Shown: positions 9,939 through 19,678 of the stretch, piece after piece
How positions within the stretch are numbered: position 1 is the first letter of the stretch
How the letters are laid out: every line of letters begins with the position of its first letter
Assembly (NCBI GenBank): GCA_022563595.1
Contig: JADFNB010000008.1
Location: 258-64,257 of the forward strand
DNA from: Gemmatimonadota bacterium
Lineage (GTDB): Bacteria > Gemmatimonadota > Gemmatimonadetes > Gemmatimonadales > GWC2-71-9
Direction of reading: 5' to 3'
DNA length: 64,000 nucleotides
Notes under the pieces: generated by a model
Told to the model about the DNA's origin: nothing
Databases searched by the model: none
The model's input: the letters and a program-made list of their open reading frames with translations, nothing else
Program-made: the position numbers and the translations under genes

Positions 9939-10007
9939 GACTACCAATATGGCGACTTTTGCGTGAGTCAAGCACGAGTTTCTATGACGCTGTACCCGTG
10001 TTCCAGG

Positions 10008-10352
10008 TCACCCGCGTAATGTGACCAGTTTTTCCGCGACCGCCGCCGCCGTGCCCGCGAGGACGGCCGGGAACGCCAGCGTCACCCCAATCAGAACCCA
10101 GCCCGGGATCCCCATGACGCCACCGACGGCAGTCGCGAAGTCGCCGACGGGTCCCTGGAGAGACGTCACAGCGAGCAGAAGCACCCAGGCGAGGCTGGCG
10201 GACACGGCGACCGTGAGGGCCGGATATCCCTCACCGCGACGCGCGACGCCCCACGCGGCGCCCACGAGCGGCACGGTCCACCAGCCGAGCCAGACCGTCG
10301 CCACACCGATCGCCAGCGCCAAGACACCGATCTCGAGGAACTGCCGCCTCAT
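10008..10352 (-). CDS. Small integral membrane protein
   Basis: Several hydrophobic helices; ATG overlaps the acylase stop (TGATG). Confidence 0.7.
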   Translation of the reverse strand: MRRQFLEIGVLALAIGVATVWLGWWTVPLVGAAWGVARRGEGYPALTVAVSASLAWVLLLAVTSLQGPVGDFATAVGGVMGIPGWVLIGVTLAFPAVLAGTAAAVAEKLVTLRG

Positions 10353-12871
10353 CACTGCCCTCCCCGGACGGTAAAGGTCGCGACAATCCGCTCGACGGGG
10401 AGATCCTCCGGCGTTCGCGGGAACAGCAGCGGGTCGAGCGCGCCGTCGATCCACCGGTCCAACCGGTCGGTGTACCACGGGCTGGCCGGGTTCCCGGACT
10501 GCCCGCCCGGGTAGGTCCCCCAAGCTCTCACCTCCGGACCCAGCTCGACGACCATCCGCCAGCTCGCTCCTTCCGTGCCGGCGCCCTCAAGCGGACTGAT
10601 CGTTCCCGGACCGCCCGGCACCGGCAGGTTCAGCGCCGAGAGCGACCGGTACCCCAGCAGATGGTAGATGTTGGCCTGCCGTACGCGGTCCCAGCGCCAT
10701 CCGCCCTCGCCCGGGGCGCCGTACTTCTCGAGCGCCCGATCGTACCCCGCCACCAGGCTGGCGGCCAGCACGGCGTCACGGGATTCCACCGTCTCGGTGC
10801 GGCGGTCGTCCCACCACACGCTGGTCGCATGGCGCAGCAGCGAGGCGAGCACGGAGCCGGGAGGCGTGAAGATGCGTCGCTGCCCGGTCGAATCATCAGG
10901 ATCGAGCAGCTCGTCCCAGGTGGCGTCGGCGAGCGCATCCATCGCCAACTCGAATAGGATCGCCCGCTCGTTGTCCCTGGTGTAGCGCCGGTCCCACTCC
11001 TCGAGCAACCGGGCGGCCAACGCCAACGTCGGCCCTCGGTCCCCAGCCGCCCTCTGGCGTTTCGCGGCGTCCAGGAACGCAGGCATGAACAGATCCGCAC
11101 GCGCGCTGCCCGGATCGGTCTGGTAGCGCTGCATCGCCTCCCGCGTCACCGCCGAATCGGCCCGGAGCAGCTGGTTGATGCGCATCGCCCGCCACGGCGA
11201 GGGCCACCACGCGCCGAGGTAGAAGGGTGCGGTGGCGGGATCGAGCGGTTGCTGATTGGCGGACGCCAGGAACCCCTGCGCCGGGTTGCGCGCGAACGGG
11301 AACCGGGCCGGCGGCAGAAACCCGAGCCAGTCGCTGTCGCTGCTCGTGCCGTCCCACACCTCGAGACCCGGCTTGCCCGCCGGCCGGATCGGATACCGCC
11401 CCGCCGATATGACGGCGATCTCGCCGGCCCGGTCGGCCACGACTCCGTTCTGGATCGGCGCTCGGAACGCCTGCATCAGCCGCAGCCACTCGTCCACGGA
11501 GCGCGCAGTGGCGAGCCCCAGAAAGGCAGTCACCGCGCTCTCTTCCTCGAGCACGGTCCACCGCATCGACCTGGCCCGGCCGCCGTGAAACAGGAGCGGG
11601 CCGCGATGCGTGTGGTAGAGCGTGTCGATCGCCAGCACTCTGCCCTTCCGGTCGCGATACACCTCCACGCGCCGCTCGAGTGGCCGCCATGCACCGTCGA
11701 GGCGATAGTTGCGCGGGTGCTCGAGATCGTCGAGCGTCTCCTCATAGTAGTCCAGCACGTCGGCGCCGGTGTTCGTGAAGCTCCACGCGACGTCCCGGTT
11801 GAACCCGATCACCACCGGCGGCGCGCCCGGGAAGGTGACGCCGTACACGTCGAGTTGGCCGGGAACGACGAGGTGCGCCTCGAACCAGATGGCGGGCAGC
11901 GTGAGATCCAGGTGGGGGTCACCCGAGAGCAGCGCGTGCCCGTTAGCCGTGCGCCAGGGCGCGACGACCCAGTTGTTGCTGGCCTGCGTCGCGGCCATCC
12001 CGCCGGGCGGCGGCCCCGCGAACGTCTGCACGCCAACCGCAGAGGACCCGGTCGCGACATGGTCTGCTGCCAACAGCCGTGGGGGCGGCAATGGGGCAGC
12101 GTCGAAGCGCGGCGCGTTGCGTCCGGTCGGGACGATCGGTTCCTGGATTGGGCTGTTGAGAGGTAGCAGCGCCGCCGCGGCCTCGGCCCCGACGCGTTCC
12201 GTGAGCCGCTCGAACAACCGGTCGGGATGACCGTACGCGAGCGTGTAGCTCATCCGCTTCATGAAATGGAATGTGTTGACCGGCTCCCAGCGTTGCGGGG
12301 TCGCGTCCAGGAGACGGTACTCCAACGGGAGATCGCGGGACGTCAGCTCGTCGATCCGCGCGTTGACACCGTCCGCGTAAGCCAGCACGAAGCGCCCGTT
12401 GGTGGAGGCGGAGTCGAGCGCCGCCGCATCGCGCTCGGCGCTCCACGCGAGGCCCAGGGCGCGTTGGCTGCGATCGGACTCGAGCGCCTGCTCTCCGAAC
12501 CATTCGGAGAGCGTTCCTTTGGTGGCACGTGTCTGGATCTCGAGCTGAAACAGCCGAAACCGAGCGTGCAGATAGCCAAGGGCGCGGTACGCGTCCTCGA
12601 CGCGGGTTGCGAAGATGTGCGGCACGGCACGGTCGTCGAACAGGATACGGACGCTGTCGCGCGTTCCGGGAATCCGCAGCGCCACGCGCGCGGGAAGCTC
12701 ATCCTGGGCCGCGACTGCCCACACGCCGGTGGTGGGGTGCAGGAACGGTCCGAGCGGCGGAACCGGCACCGGCCGATCACCCGCGTAACCCACGTAACCC
12801 ACGTAGAGGGTACCGGCGAGCACGACTGCCGGAACGCCGAGGCGGACAACCGCGCGCAACTCGAGCTTCAC
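10352..12871 (-). CDS. Penicillin acylase family Ntn-hydrolase (peptidase S45)
   Basis: VPHIFA, GYLHA..RLFQ; beta-subunit nucleophile SNNW; DPHL; PGGQSGNP. Confidence 0.93.
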   Translation of the reverse strand: MKLELRAVVRLGVPAVVLAGTLYVGYVGYAGDRPVPVPPLGPFLHPTTGVWAVAAQDELPARVALRIPGTRDSVRILFDDRAVPHIFATRVEDAYRALGYLHARFRLFQLEIQTRATKGTLSEWFGEQALESDRSQRALGLAWSAERDAAALDSASTNGRFVLAYADGVNARIDELTSRDLPLEYRLLDATPQRWEPVNTFHFMKRMSYTLAYGHPDRLFERLTERVGAEAAAALLPLNSPIQEPIVPTGRNAPRFDAAPLPPPRLLAADHVATGSSAVGVQTFAGPPPGGMAATQASNNWVVAPWRTANGHALLSGDPHLDLTLPAIWFEAHLVVPGQLDVYGVTFPGAPPVVIGFNRDVAWSFTNTGADVLDYYEETLDDLEHPRNYRLDGAWRPLERRVEVYRDRKGRVLAIDTLYHTHRGPLLFHGGRARSMRWTVLEEESAVTAFLGLATARSVDEWLRLMQAFRAPIQNGVVADRAGEIAVISAGRYPIRPAGKPGLEVWDGTSSDSDWLGFLPPARFPFARNPAQGFLASANQQPLDPATAPFYLGAWWPSPWRAMRINQLLRADSAVTREAMQRYQTDPGSARADLFMPAFLDAAKRQRAAGDRGPTLALAARLLEEWDRRYTRDNERAILFELAMDALADATWDELLDPDDSTGQRRIFTPPGSVLASLLRHATSVWWDDRRTETVESRDAVLAASLVAGYDRALEKYGAPGEGGWRWDRVRQANIYHLLGYRSLSALNLPVPGGPGTISPLEGAGTEGASWRMVVELGPEVRAWGTYPGGQSGNPASPWYTDRLDRWIDGALDPLLFPRTPEDLPVERIVATFTVRGGQ

Positions 12872-12999
12872 GGACCTCGGTCGCTATCGCCGGCGGGCAG
12901 GAAACTCCGTCCTCTACGGCACGGCATTAGTGGCTCCTGATGGCATGCTGCTTGAGCTAAGCGACGTAATCCACATACGTCGGGCGATGCAGCTTGGTG

Positions 13000-14232
13000 T
13001 CAGCCCCGCGGCCGGACCGATGCGACCTGGACCCCGCCGCCCTCGCCCGGCTGGGTCCATGCCACGACGATGTGGTCGCGCACGCGCGTCAGCCGGGGGA
13101 ACCCGGCCGCGCGCGCCGTCGTGGTGCTCGCAACGACCTGAACCGGGCCGGCGCGGCCGTCGAACGCTATGCGACGGATCATGATCTTGCCCGCGTCGTC
13201 GGCCTCCTCGATCCAGCTCACCACCGCACCGCCACCCGGCAGCATGGCGACGTCGGTTCTGCCCGTGGGTTTCCCCCCGTCGACGCGGATACGTGGACCG
13301 AAGGTTGCCCCCCCGTCGCTCGAGATCGCCGCATAGACACGTGGGCCGTCGGCGGCGGTGTACCACGCGACGACCACCGTGTCACCAGCCGCCGCCACCG
13401 CGGGCCCGTTGACCGGGCAACCAGGGTAGTACCATCCGTCGTCCGCGACCTTGCTAGGCCGGGTCCACTCCCCGTCCGAGTACCGCGCGAGCGCGATGTC
13501 CCTTATCTCCTCGGGCGAGCGGTCCCGGAAGACCAGCACCAACCCGCGCGACGTCAGCGCCATATCGTTCTGGCAGCAATCGCACGCCCGATCGTCCACC
13601 TCGATGTCGGGAGCCGGTAGCCCGTCGGTCCCGAGCGTCGTGAACCGTACCGTCATCGCGCCGCGGTCCGCATTGCCCGCATCCGATTCGGCTCCGCTCC
13701 CGGTTCGCCGCCCGTCCAACCACGCCAGCGCCGCACCACCTTCCCACGGTACCATCGCCACGAACCCGTGCTCCGTGGACGACCGGTCACCGTGCGGCAC
13801 GAACGGTTCCCCCCATGTTGCGCCCCGATCGTTCGAGATCGCCAGCTTGACGTGGTACGCGTAGGTCAACGGCGCCGTCTTCTGTAGCCAGTGCGCCACC
13901 CACCGGCCGTCCGACAACCCGAGGACCGACGGGAAATCGGCCCAGTTCACGAACAACGAGTCGTTCTCGACCACCGTCCCGGCCGGCCGCCACGTCGTCC
14001 CGTCACGCACCGCCAGCCGCAACGCATGCCGGCCGTCGCGGCTCGGTTCCAGCCAACTGAGCACTACCTGGTCACCCACGGTGGTCAGGTTGGGTGCCAT
14101 GCCCGCCGGCGCCTGGAACTCGACTGCACCGACCTCGAAGTCGGCCGGCCGGCACGCGGCCAGCAGGATCACGAAGATCGCTCCACCCGCGGCCCGGCAC
14201 CACGCACTGTTCCGACGATGCGGTTGCCTCAT
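13000..14232 (-). CDS. BNR/sialidase-fold lipoprotein
   Basis: Lipobox LAAC; FVNWADFP; S.D.G.TW Asp-boxes; CDCC and GCPVNGP motifs; ATGA overlap with upstream gene. Confidence 0.85.
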   Translation of the reverse strand: MRQPHRRNSAWCRAAGGAIFVILLAACRPADFEVGAVEFQAPAGMAPNLTTVGDQVVLSWLEPSRDGRHALRLAVRDGTTWRPAGTVVENDSLFVNWADFPSVLGLSDGRWVAHWLQKTAPLTYAYHVKLAISNDRGATWGEPFVPHGDRSSTEHGFVAMVPWEGGAALAWLDGRRTGSGAESDAGNADRGAMTVRFTTLGTDGLPAPDIEVDDRACDCCQNDMALTSRGLVLVFRDRSPEEIRDIALARYSDGEWTRPSKVADDGWYYPGCPVNGPAVAAAGDTVVVAWYTAADGPRVYAAISSDGGATFGPRIRVDGGKPTGRTDVAMLPGGGAVVSWIEEADDAGKIMIRRIAFDGRAGPVQVVASTTTARAAGFPRLTRVRDHIVVAWTQPGEGGGVQVASVRPRG

Positions 14233-15122
14233 CGTCCTTCTCCCGCTTCCTGCAGGCTCGCGTGCACCGATTCGATGAACCGTTCGGGATTTATGAACCC
14301 ACCGCCCCACGTCGCATCCCACTCGCTCGTCAGCCCGGCGCCCTTGATGTCGTCGAGCGAGCGGCCGGCCGCCATCGCTGCCGCCACACGATCGCGGACG
14401 GTCGCGAGCACGTCGCGATACCGCCGGAGATCGGCCTTCGTGGAGAGCGCCCCGTGTCCCGGAATGACCTTCGTCTCGTCGTCCATCAACTCGAGTGCGA
14501 CGTCGGCCGCGGCGATCACCCCGTCGATCGAGCCGCCGCTCCCGATGTCGATGAACGGGTAGCGCCCGGCGAAGTACGTATCGCCCATGTGCACCACGTT
14601 CGCGTTCCGGAAATGGACGATCACGTCTCCGTCGGTGTGCGCGTGGGGGACATGGAACACGTGGATCTCGTCACCGTTCAGGTGAAAGGTCACCGTCTCA
14701 CCGAACGTGACGACCGGCAACGCGTCTTGGGGCGACGCCGGAACTCGCCTGTCGAACGCCTCCATGAACTGCTCCACACTCATCCGCTCGCGTACGTTGT
14801 CGTGCGCCACGATGAGCGCGCCCGCCTTGCCGAGGTTCTCGTTCCCGCCGGTATGGTCACCGTGCCAATGCGTGTTGAGGACGAACCGGATCGGGCCGTC
14901 AGTGAACTCGCGTATCGCTCCGACGATGCGTTCGGTCAGCGGCGCGTACTGGTCGTCGATGAGAAAAACGCCGTCGGGCCCGGACGAGACCCCAATGTTC
15001 CCTCCACGACCGATGAGCATGTGAATCCCGGGAGCGAGATCGATCGACTCGATCTCGACGGCTTCTTGGGCGGCGAGCGGTGCGGCGGCAGCGAGTACGG
15101 CGAGGCCAACGAAGAGACGCAT
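14229..15122 (-). CDS. Secreted MBL-fold metallo-hydrolase (cyclase-like)
   Basis: THWHGDHTGGN, HAHTDGD, HMGD and IPGHG motifs. Confidence 0.92.
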   Translation of the reverse strand: MRLFVGLAVLAAAAPLAAQEAVEIESIDLAPGIHMLIGRGGNIGVSSGPDGVFLIDDQYAPLTERIVGAIREFTDGPIRFVLNTHWHGDHTGGNENLGKAGALIVAHDNVRERMSVEQFMEAFDRRVPASPQDALPVVTFGETVTFHLNGDEIHVFHVPHAHTDGDVIVHFRNANVVHMGDTYFAGRYPFIDIGSGGSIDGVIAAADVALELMDDETKVIPGHGALSTKADLRRYRDVLATVRDRVAAAMAAGRSLDDIKGAGLTSEWDATWGGGFINPERFIESVHASLQEAGEGR

Positions 15123-15140
15123 CCAACCTCCTCAAGCACG

Positions 15141-15269
15141 ATGGAACGGTGGAATGACGGAACAATGATGGCACCGGGACCTAAAGTTACCCTCATCCCC
15201 GTTTGCCGCCATCCCGACCATCCCACCGTTCCGCCCTTCTATCCTCCCGTCCTTCAGTCGTTCCATCCC
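15141..15269. repeat. Degenerate octamer repeat, two arms in inverted orientation
   Basis: ATGGAACG GTGGAATG ACGGAACA followed by CCATCCCA CCGTTCCG CCCTTCTA ... TCGTTCCA. Confidence 0.6.
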
Positions 15270-15322
15270 GCGCCCCGTCCGCCTTATCTTGCCCTAACCA
15301 TCACATCCAACGAGACACTGCC

Positions 15323-15416
15323 ATGGACTGGCTCATCGCGCTCGTGACGCTGACGGTGCTCGAAATCGTGCTCGGCATCTCACTGGTCGCCGAAGGGCTC
15401 GGTCAACACATTGATG
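15323..15416 (+). pseudogene. TerC-family remnant with internal deletion
   Basis: TerC N-terminus MDWLIALVTLTVLEIVLGI joined directly to the near-C-terminal SLVAEGLGQHI. Confidence 0.7.
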
Positions 15417-15516
15417 ATGAACCTCCGGCTCCGGGCGCGCGGAAAGATGCCGGTGAGTTTGCGCGCTCCGTACACCGCCGAAGCGCCGGTAGAGGGATGA
15501 TCCGCCCCTCTCGCCA

Positions 15517-18114
15517 TTACGGCGCCGACGGTCCCAACACGACCGCGTTCAGGAACAGTCGGTTCAAGCCGCGATGGTATCCGCGGAAGTTGACGTCTTC
15601 CGCGAAGATGATGACGCGGCCGCCACCCACACGCTCTTCGTAGGCGAACACGGCGCCCGCGAGACGGTCGAGGGATTCCGGCCACGCGTGACCGGCGATT
15701 CTGGGATCCGTCGCGGCGTAGGTGGCGATAACCCGCCGTCGTCGGTTGGGTGCCCCGTCGGGAGCGAGATAGATCCGCGACGACCCGACCAGCACCAGTA
15801 GATCGCCGTCGTATCCCGCCGTCGCCCAGTGCCGCTCGTTCAACTCGGCCCGGAAGATGGCGCCCGGCACGTTGAAGCGCTGTGCGTCTTTCCCGTCATC
15901 GGTGTCGTACCAGGACCGGAGCGCCAGCTCGAACTGCGTGCGCGCGAAGTCGGTCGAGCCGCCGATCGTCACCAGGGTACCACCGTCCTGTACCCAACGC
16001 TTGAGGCGTTCGAGGCCCTCGTCACCCAGCGCCGTTGCGAGCTGGGTCGGCGATCCGCTGGGAACGACAATAACGTCATATCGCTCCAACTCGGTCCCGG
16101 CCACCGAGCGGGTCTTGAGCACGGTGACGGGGATCTCGTACTGCCGGTCGAGAGTGTACCAGGCCCAGCCGAAGGAGTACCCCTGCACACCATCCTCGGC
16201 GAGGATGGCGATCGTCGACGGTTTCAGGTTGAAAGTGTGGTCGCCCGAGCCTAGGGCCGGGAACCCCGAATCGGCGAGCCCGGTGGCGACCGCGCGCACC
16301 GCGATGCCGTAGCGCCGCGCGACGTCACGCACCGCTGCATGCATCGTGGAATCGTTCTGGCCGACCCGCACGATCCCTGTCCCGCTCGCCACCGCCTGCC
16401 CGTCGATCCGGGACGGTGCGGTCAACACAGCGGCGCGATACCCGCGGGCCTTCAGGTGGTACAGTGCCGCGGCAGTAGCGGCGTTGGAGCCGTCCAACAG
16501 ATAGGCATAGCTCGCCCGTTCCGGCCCACTGTTCGTCGCACCTTCCGGATCCGGATGGGCCGCGGAAGCGGTGGTGAGCGCCCGGCCGTCAGTAGTCCCG
16601 TACACTCCCAGGTTGAAAAGCAACGGCAGCGACCAGGCCGTGATGTCGTAGAATCGCGGATTCTCCGCCCGCTCCACCCGCGTTCGCGCCAGCCGCAGGA
16701 AATCTTCCGGAATCGGTGTTTCGGGCTCGAGCAAGGTACGGATCAGCCGACCAGTCGGCTGGGCGGTTTCCACCACGAACGTCCCGGTGGGGAAGGTGCG
16801 CTGCCCGAGCGCACGACCGGTGCGATCGCGCACTCCCGAGAGCCGGGTTTCCCCGCCCAAGACACCGATCTCCACACCGTTCCGCGCCAGCAGGTGCACC
16901 AACTCCCTGACCAGACCGGGATCGCCCTCGCGCGGGTCGACGAGGTAGCGCCGGATTCCACGCCGCCCGTCGGAGATCGCGGCCCGTTTGGAGTCGAGGT
17001 ACTCGCGCAGCAGTCGCTCCCGGTTCCCCGCCGCAACACGGGTGGCGGTCCATGCGGCCAGGTACTGCTGCTCCAGCGCGTCCGCCAACGTACGTACCGT
17101 GCCGTCCCCGCGGGTGAGAGTGAGACCGCGGGTGGAGGCCTGCTCGTACAGCATCGCCACGGCCCCACCCTGATACGCGCGGCTGGACGTATAACCCGGA
17201 TAGAAATAGTTGTACCGTTCGCGGGTCATATACTCAAAGCCCGCCGAATCGAATGCTGCGGCGTATGCGTCGCCGAAGGTCTCGAACCAGCGCAGGCTGA
17301 ACGCTGGGAAGTATGGATTGGCGGGATCGCCGGGCGGGTCGAAGTAGAACTCCACGTCTGGACTCATCTCGTGCATGTCGACCGCGACCTGCGGCGGCCA
17401 GCGCATGAAGAACGCGACCCGGTCACGAGCCACCGGCTGGGTATGGGCGAACCAGTCGCGATTGTTGTCGAAGAAGTAGTGACCCGTCCGGAACTTCAGG
17501 GCCTGCCAGCCGCTGAAATCGTTAGACCAATCATCCCTATTGGGACTCGGTTCCCGCCCAATGTACTCGTGGTTGATGTGCGCGAAGGCGTCCCGGCCGT
17601 CCGGATTGAGCATCGGATCTATCAGGACGACGGTGTTCCGGAGCACCTCCATCGTGGCGGGATCGTTCCTGGTAGTGAGATGCTCCAGCAACTTGAGCGC
17701 TCCCTCAGCCCCCGACAGCTCGAACCCGTGAATCGACCCGCCGAACCAGACTACGGCCGGCTGATCGGCGATCAGTGTTGCCGCCTCATCGGATTCCAGG
17801 CCACGCGGGTCGGCGAGCCGCCCGTTGGCCGTGCGGATCGCCTCAAGCCGGGCATGGTTCTCCTGAGCCGTCACGATCGCCACCAGGAACACCCGTCCCT
17901 CCCAGCTCTCCCCCAAACGCTCGACCGTAACACGGGGCGAGGTCTCGGCGAGCCGCTCGAGGTAGCGCACCATCTCGTAGTGCTGGGTGATACGCGCACC
18001 AAAAGCATGCCCGACCGCTTGCTCGAATGTCGGTACCTGTGCCCCGGCCCGACCAACGAGTAGCACCGTGCCCGCGGCAACCAAGAAGATCGCCCTTCCA
18101 ACGACCATGCCCAT
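15517..18114 (-). CDS. M14 family zinc carboxypeptidase, secreted
   Basis: IHGFE (HxxE), NPDG, DNNRDW, DMHEM, YEQ; C-terminal GATase-like domain; GGAGG before ATG 18114. Confidence 0.88.
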   Translation of the reverse strand: MGMVVGRAIFLVAAGTVLLVGRAGAQVPTFEQAVGHAFGARITQHYEMVRYLERLAETSPRVTVERLGESWEGRVFLVAIVTAQENHARLEAIRTANGRLADPRGLESDEAATLIADQPAVVWFGGSIHGFELSGAEGALKLLEHLTTRNDPATMEVLRNTVVLIDPMLNPDGRDAFAHINHEYIGREPSPNRDDWSNDFSGWQALKFRTGHYFFDNNRDWFAHTQPVARDRVAFFMRWPPQVAVDMHEMSPDVEFYFDPPGDPANPYFPAFSLRWFETFGDAYAAAFDSAGFEYMTRERYNYFYPGYTSSRAYQGGAVAMLYEQASTRGLTLTRGDGTVRTLADALEQQYLAAWTATRVAAGNRERLLREYLDSKRAAISDGRRGIRRYLVDPREGDPGLVRELVHLLARNGVEIGVLGGETRLSGVRDRTGRALGQRTFPTGTFVVETAQPTGRLIRTLLEPETPIPEDFLRLARTRVERAENPRFYDITAWSLPLLFNLGVYGTTDGRALTTASAAHPDPEGATNSGPERASYAYLLDGSNAATAAALYHLKARGYRAAVLTAPSRIDGQAVASGTGIVRVGQNDSTMHAAVRDVARRYGIAVRAVATGLADSGFPALGSGDHTFNLKPSTIAILAEDGVQGYSFGWAWYTLDRQYEIPVTVLKTRSVAGTELERYDVIVVPSGSPTQLATALGDEGLERLKRWVQDGGTLVTIGGSTDFARTQFELALRSWYDTDDGKDAQRFNVPGAIFRAELNERHWATAGYDGDLLVLVGSSRIYLAPDGAPNRRRRVIATYAATDPRIAGHAWPESLDRLAGAVFAYEERVGGGRVIIFAEDVNFRGYHRGLNRLFLNAVVLGPSAP

Positions 18115-18214
18115 ACCAGCCTCCGCTGTGTACATTTCTTAAGGTCTAAGCGACGAGATCCTGCCCTGGCCCTCCAGGAGGACCGTGTCCGCAATTCTAG
18201 CACTTGAGGCCAAG

Positions 18215-19588
18215 ATGGCGAAAGAGACCTTGGTGCCTGCGGATGACCGTAGCGATACCTTCACTACCGAACCCGCAACACCGGCACCCGAGGCGAGAGT
18301 GGCGAAAGACACGCTAACTATCACGGATAACCGCACCGGCCGGACCTTCGACTTCAAGATCGAGCACGGTACGGTTCGAGCGCTCGACTTCCGCCAAATC
18401 AAGACCCACGACGACGACTTCGGGTTGATGCTCTACGACCCGGGGTTCGGTAACACCGCTCACTGCAAGAGCGCGATCACGTTCATCGACGGCGAGAAGG
18501 GCATCCTTCGCTACCGCGGATACCCCATCGACCAACTAGCGGAGAACTGTTCGTTCCTCGAGACATCCTACCTGATCATCTATGGTGAGTTGCCCACCAA
18601 AGAACAGCTCGATCAGTGGGTGTTCGACATCACACACCACACGTTCGTCCATGAAAACGTCAAGAAGTTCATGGATGGATTCCGCTACAACGCCCACCCG
18701 ATGGGGGTGTTCATCAGCACGCTGGCGGCCCTATCGACGTTCTATCCGGAGGCGAAGCAGATCGGTGATGCGTCCTGCCGCAAGCACCAGGTCCACCGGC
18801 TGATCGCGAAGACGCCCACTATTGCCGCATTCGCGTTCCGTCACATGCGGGGGATGCCGTATGTCTATCCCGACAACGACCTCTCGTACGCCGGCAACTT
18901 CCTGAACATGCTGTTCCGGGTCACGGAGCCCAAGTACGAGCCCAATCCGGTGCTGGAGCGCGCGCTCGACGTGCTGTTCATTCTGCACGCCGATCACGAG
19001 CAGAACTGCTCCGCCGCGGCCATGCGGGGCATCGGATCGAGTCACGCCGACCCATACTGCGCCATGGCCGGCGCCGCGGCCGCTCTGTACGGCCCGCTCC
19101 ACGGTGGCGCCAACGAGAAGGTGCTCAGTATGCTGAGAGAGATCGGCGACGTGAAGGCCATCCCCGAGTACATCAAGCGGGTGAAGAACAAAGAGGTCCG
19201 CCTGATGGGGTTCGGCCACCGGGTCTACAAGAACTACGACCCGCGCGCGCGCATCATCAAGAAGATCGCCGACGACGTCTTCGAGGTGACCGGTCGCAAC
19301 CCGCTCCTGGACGTCGCGTTGGAACTCGAGCGAATCGCCTTGGAGGACGACTACTTCGTCTCCCACAAGCTGTACCCGAACGTAGATTTCTACTCGGGTA
19401 TCATCTACCAGGCGATGGGTTTCCCGGTCGAGCTGTTCCCCGTGCTGTTCGCGATCGGCCGGAGCCCCGGTTGGTTGGCGCAGTGGGAGGAGATGCTCGA
19501 CGATCCCGATCAGCGCATTGCCCGTCCGCGGCAGATCTTCCTCGGAGTGAACGAGCGGGACTTCGTGCCAATGGAGCAGAGGAAGTAG
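18215..19588 (+). CDS. gltA: Citrate synthase (type II-like)
   Basis: YDPGF.NTA.C.S.IT.IDG.KG.L.YRGY, LHADHEQN, GPLHGGANE, GFGHRVYKNYDPR, LYPNVDFYSG. Confidence 0.97.
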   Translation: MAKETLVPADDRSDTFTTEPATPAPEARVAKDTLTITDNRTGRTFDFKIEHGTVRALDFRQIKTHDDDFGLMLYDPGFGNTAHCKSAITFIDGEKGILRYRGYPIDQLAENCSFLETSYLIIYGELPTKEQLDQWVFDITHHTFVHENVKKFMDGFRYNAHPMGVFISTLAALSTFYPEAKQIGDASCRKHQVHRLIAKTPTIAAFAFRHMRGMPYVYPDNDLSYAGNFLNMLFRVTEPKYEPNPVLERALDVLFILHADHEQNCSAAAMRGIGSSHADPYCAMAGAAAALYGPLHGGANEKVLSMLREIGDVKAIPEYIKRVKNKEVRLMGFGHRVYKNYDPRARIIKKIADDVFEVTGRNPLLDVALELERIALEDDYFVSHKLYPNVDFYSGIIYQAMGFPVELFPVLFAIGRSPGWLAQWEEMLDDPDQRIARPRQIFLGVNERDFVPMEQRK

Positions 19589-19678
19589 GAAGGGCAAGAA
19601 GGATGGAAGGGTGGAAGGGCGGGTTCATTCCATCTTTCCATCATCCCATCTTTCCATCATTCCATCCTATCCATCCCT
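19589..19678. repeat. Degenerate octamer array (TTCCATCT-like), inverted arms, between convergent genes
   Basis: GGAAGGGC..GGAAGGGT GGAAGGGC, then TTCCATCT TTCCATCA TCCCATCT TTCCATCA TTCCATCC at 19628-19667. Confidence 0.8.

Noticed and set aside
12783-12806. CGTAACCCA tandem repeat
   Set aside because: It simply encodes YVGYVGY in the acylase N-terminal anchor.
19589-19678. Repeat arrays as CRISPR
   Set aside because: 8-nt units without unique spacers; no cas genes in the window.
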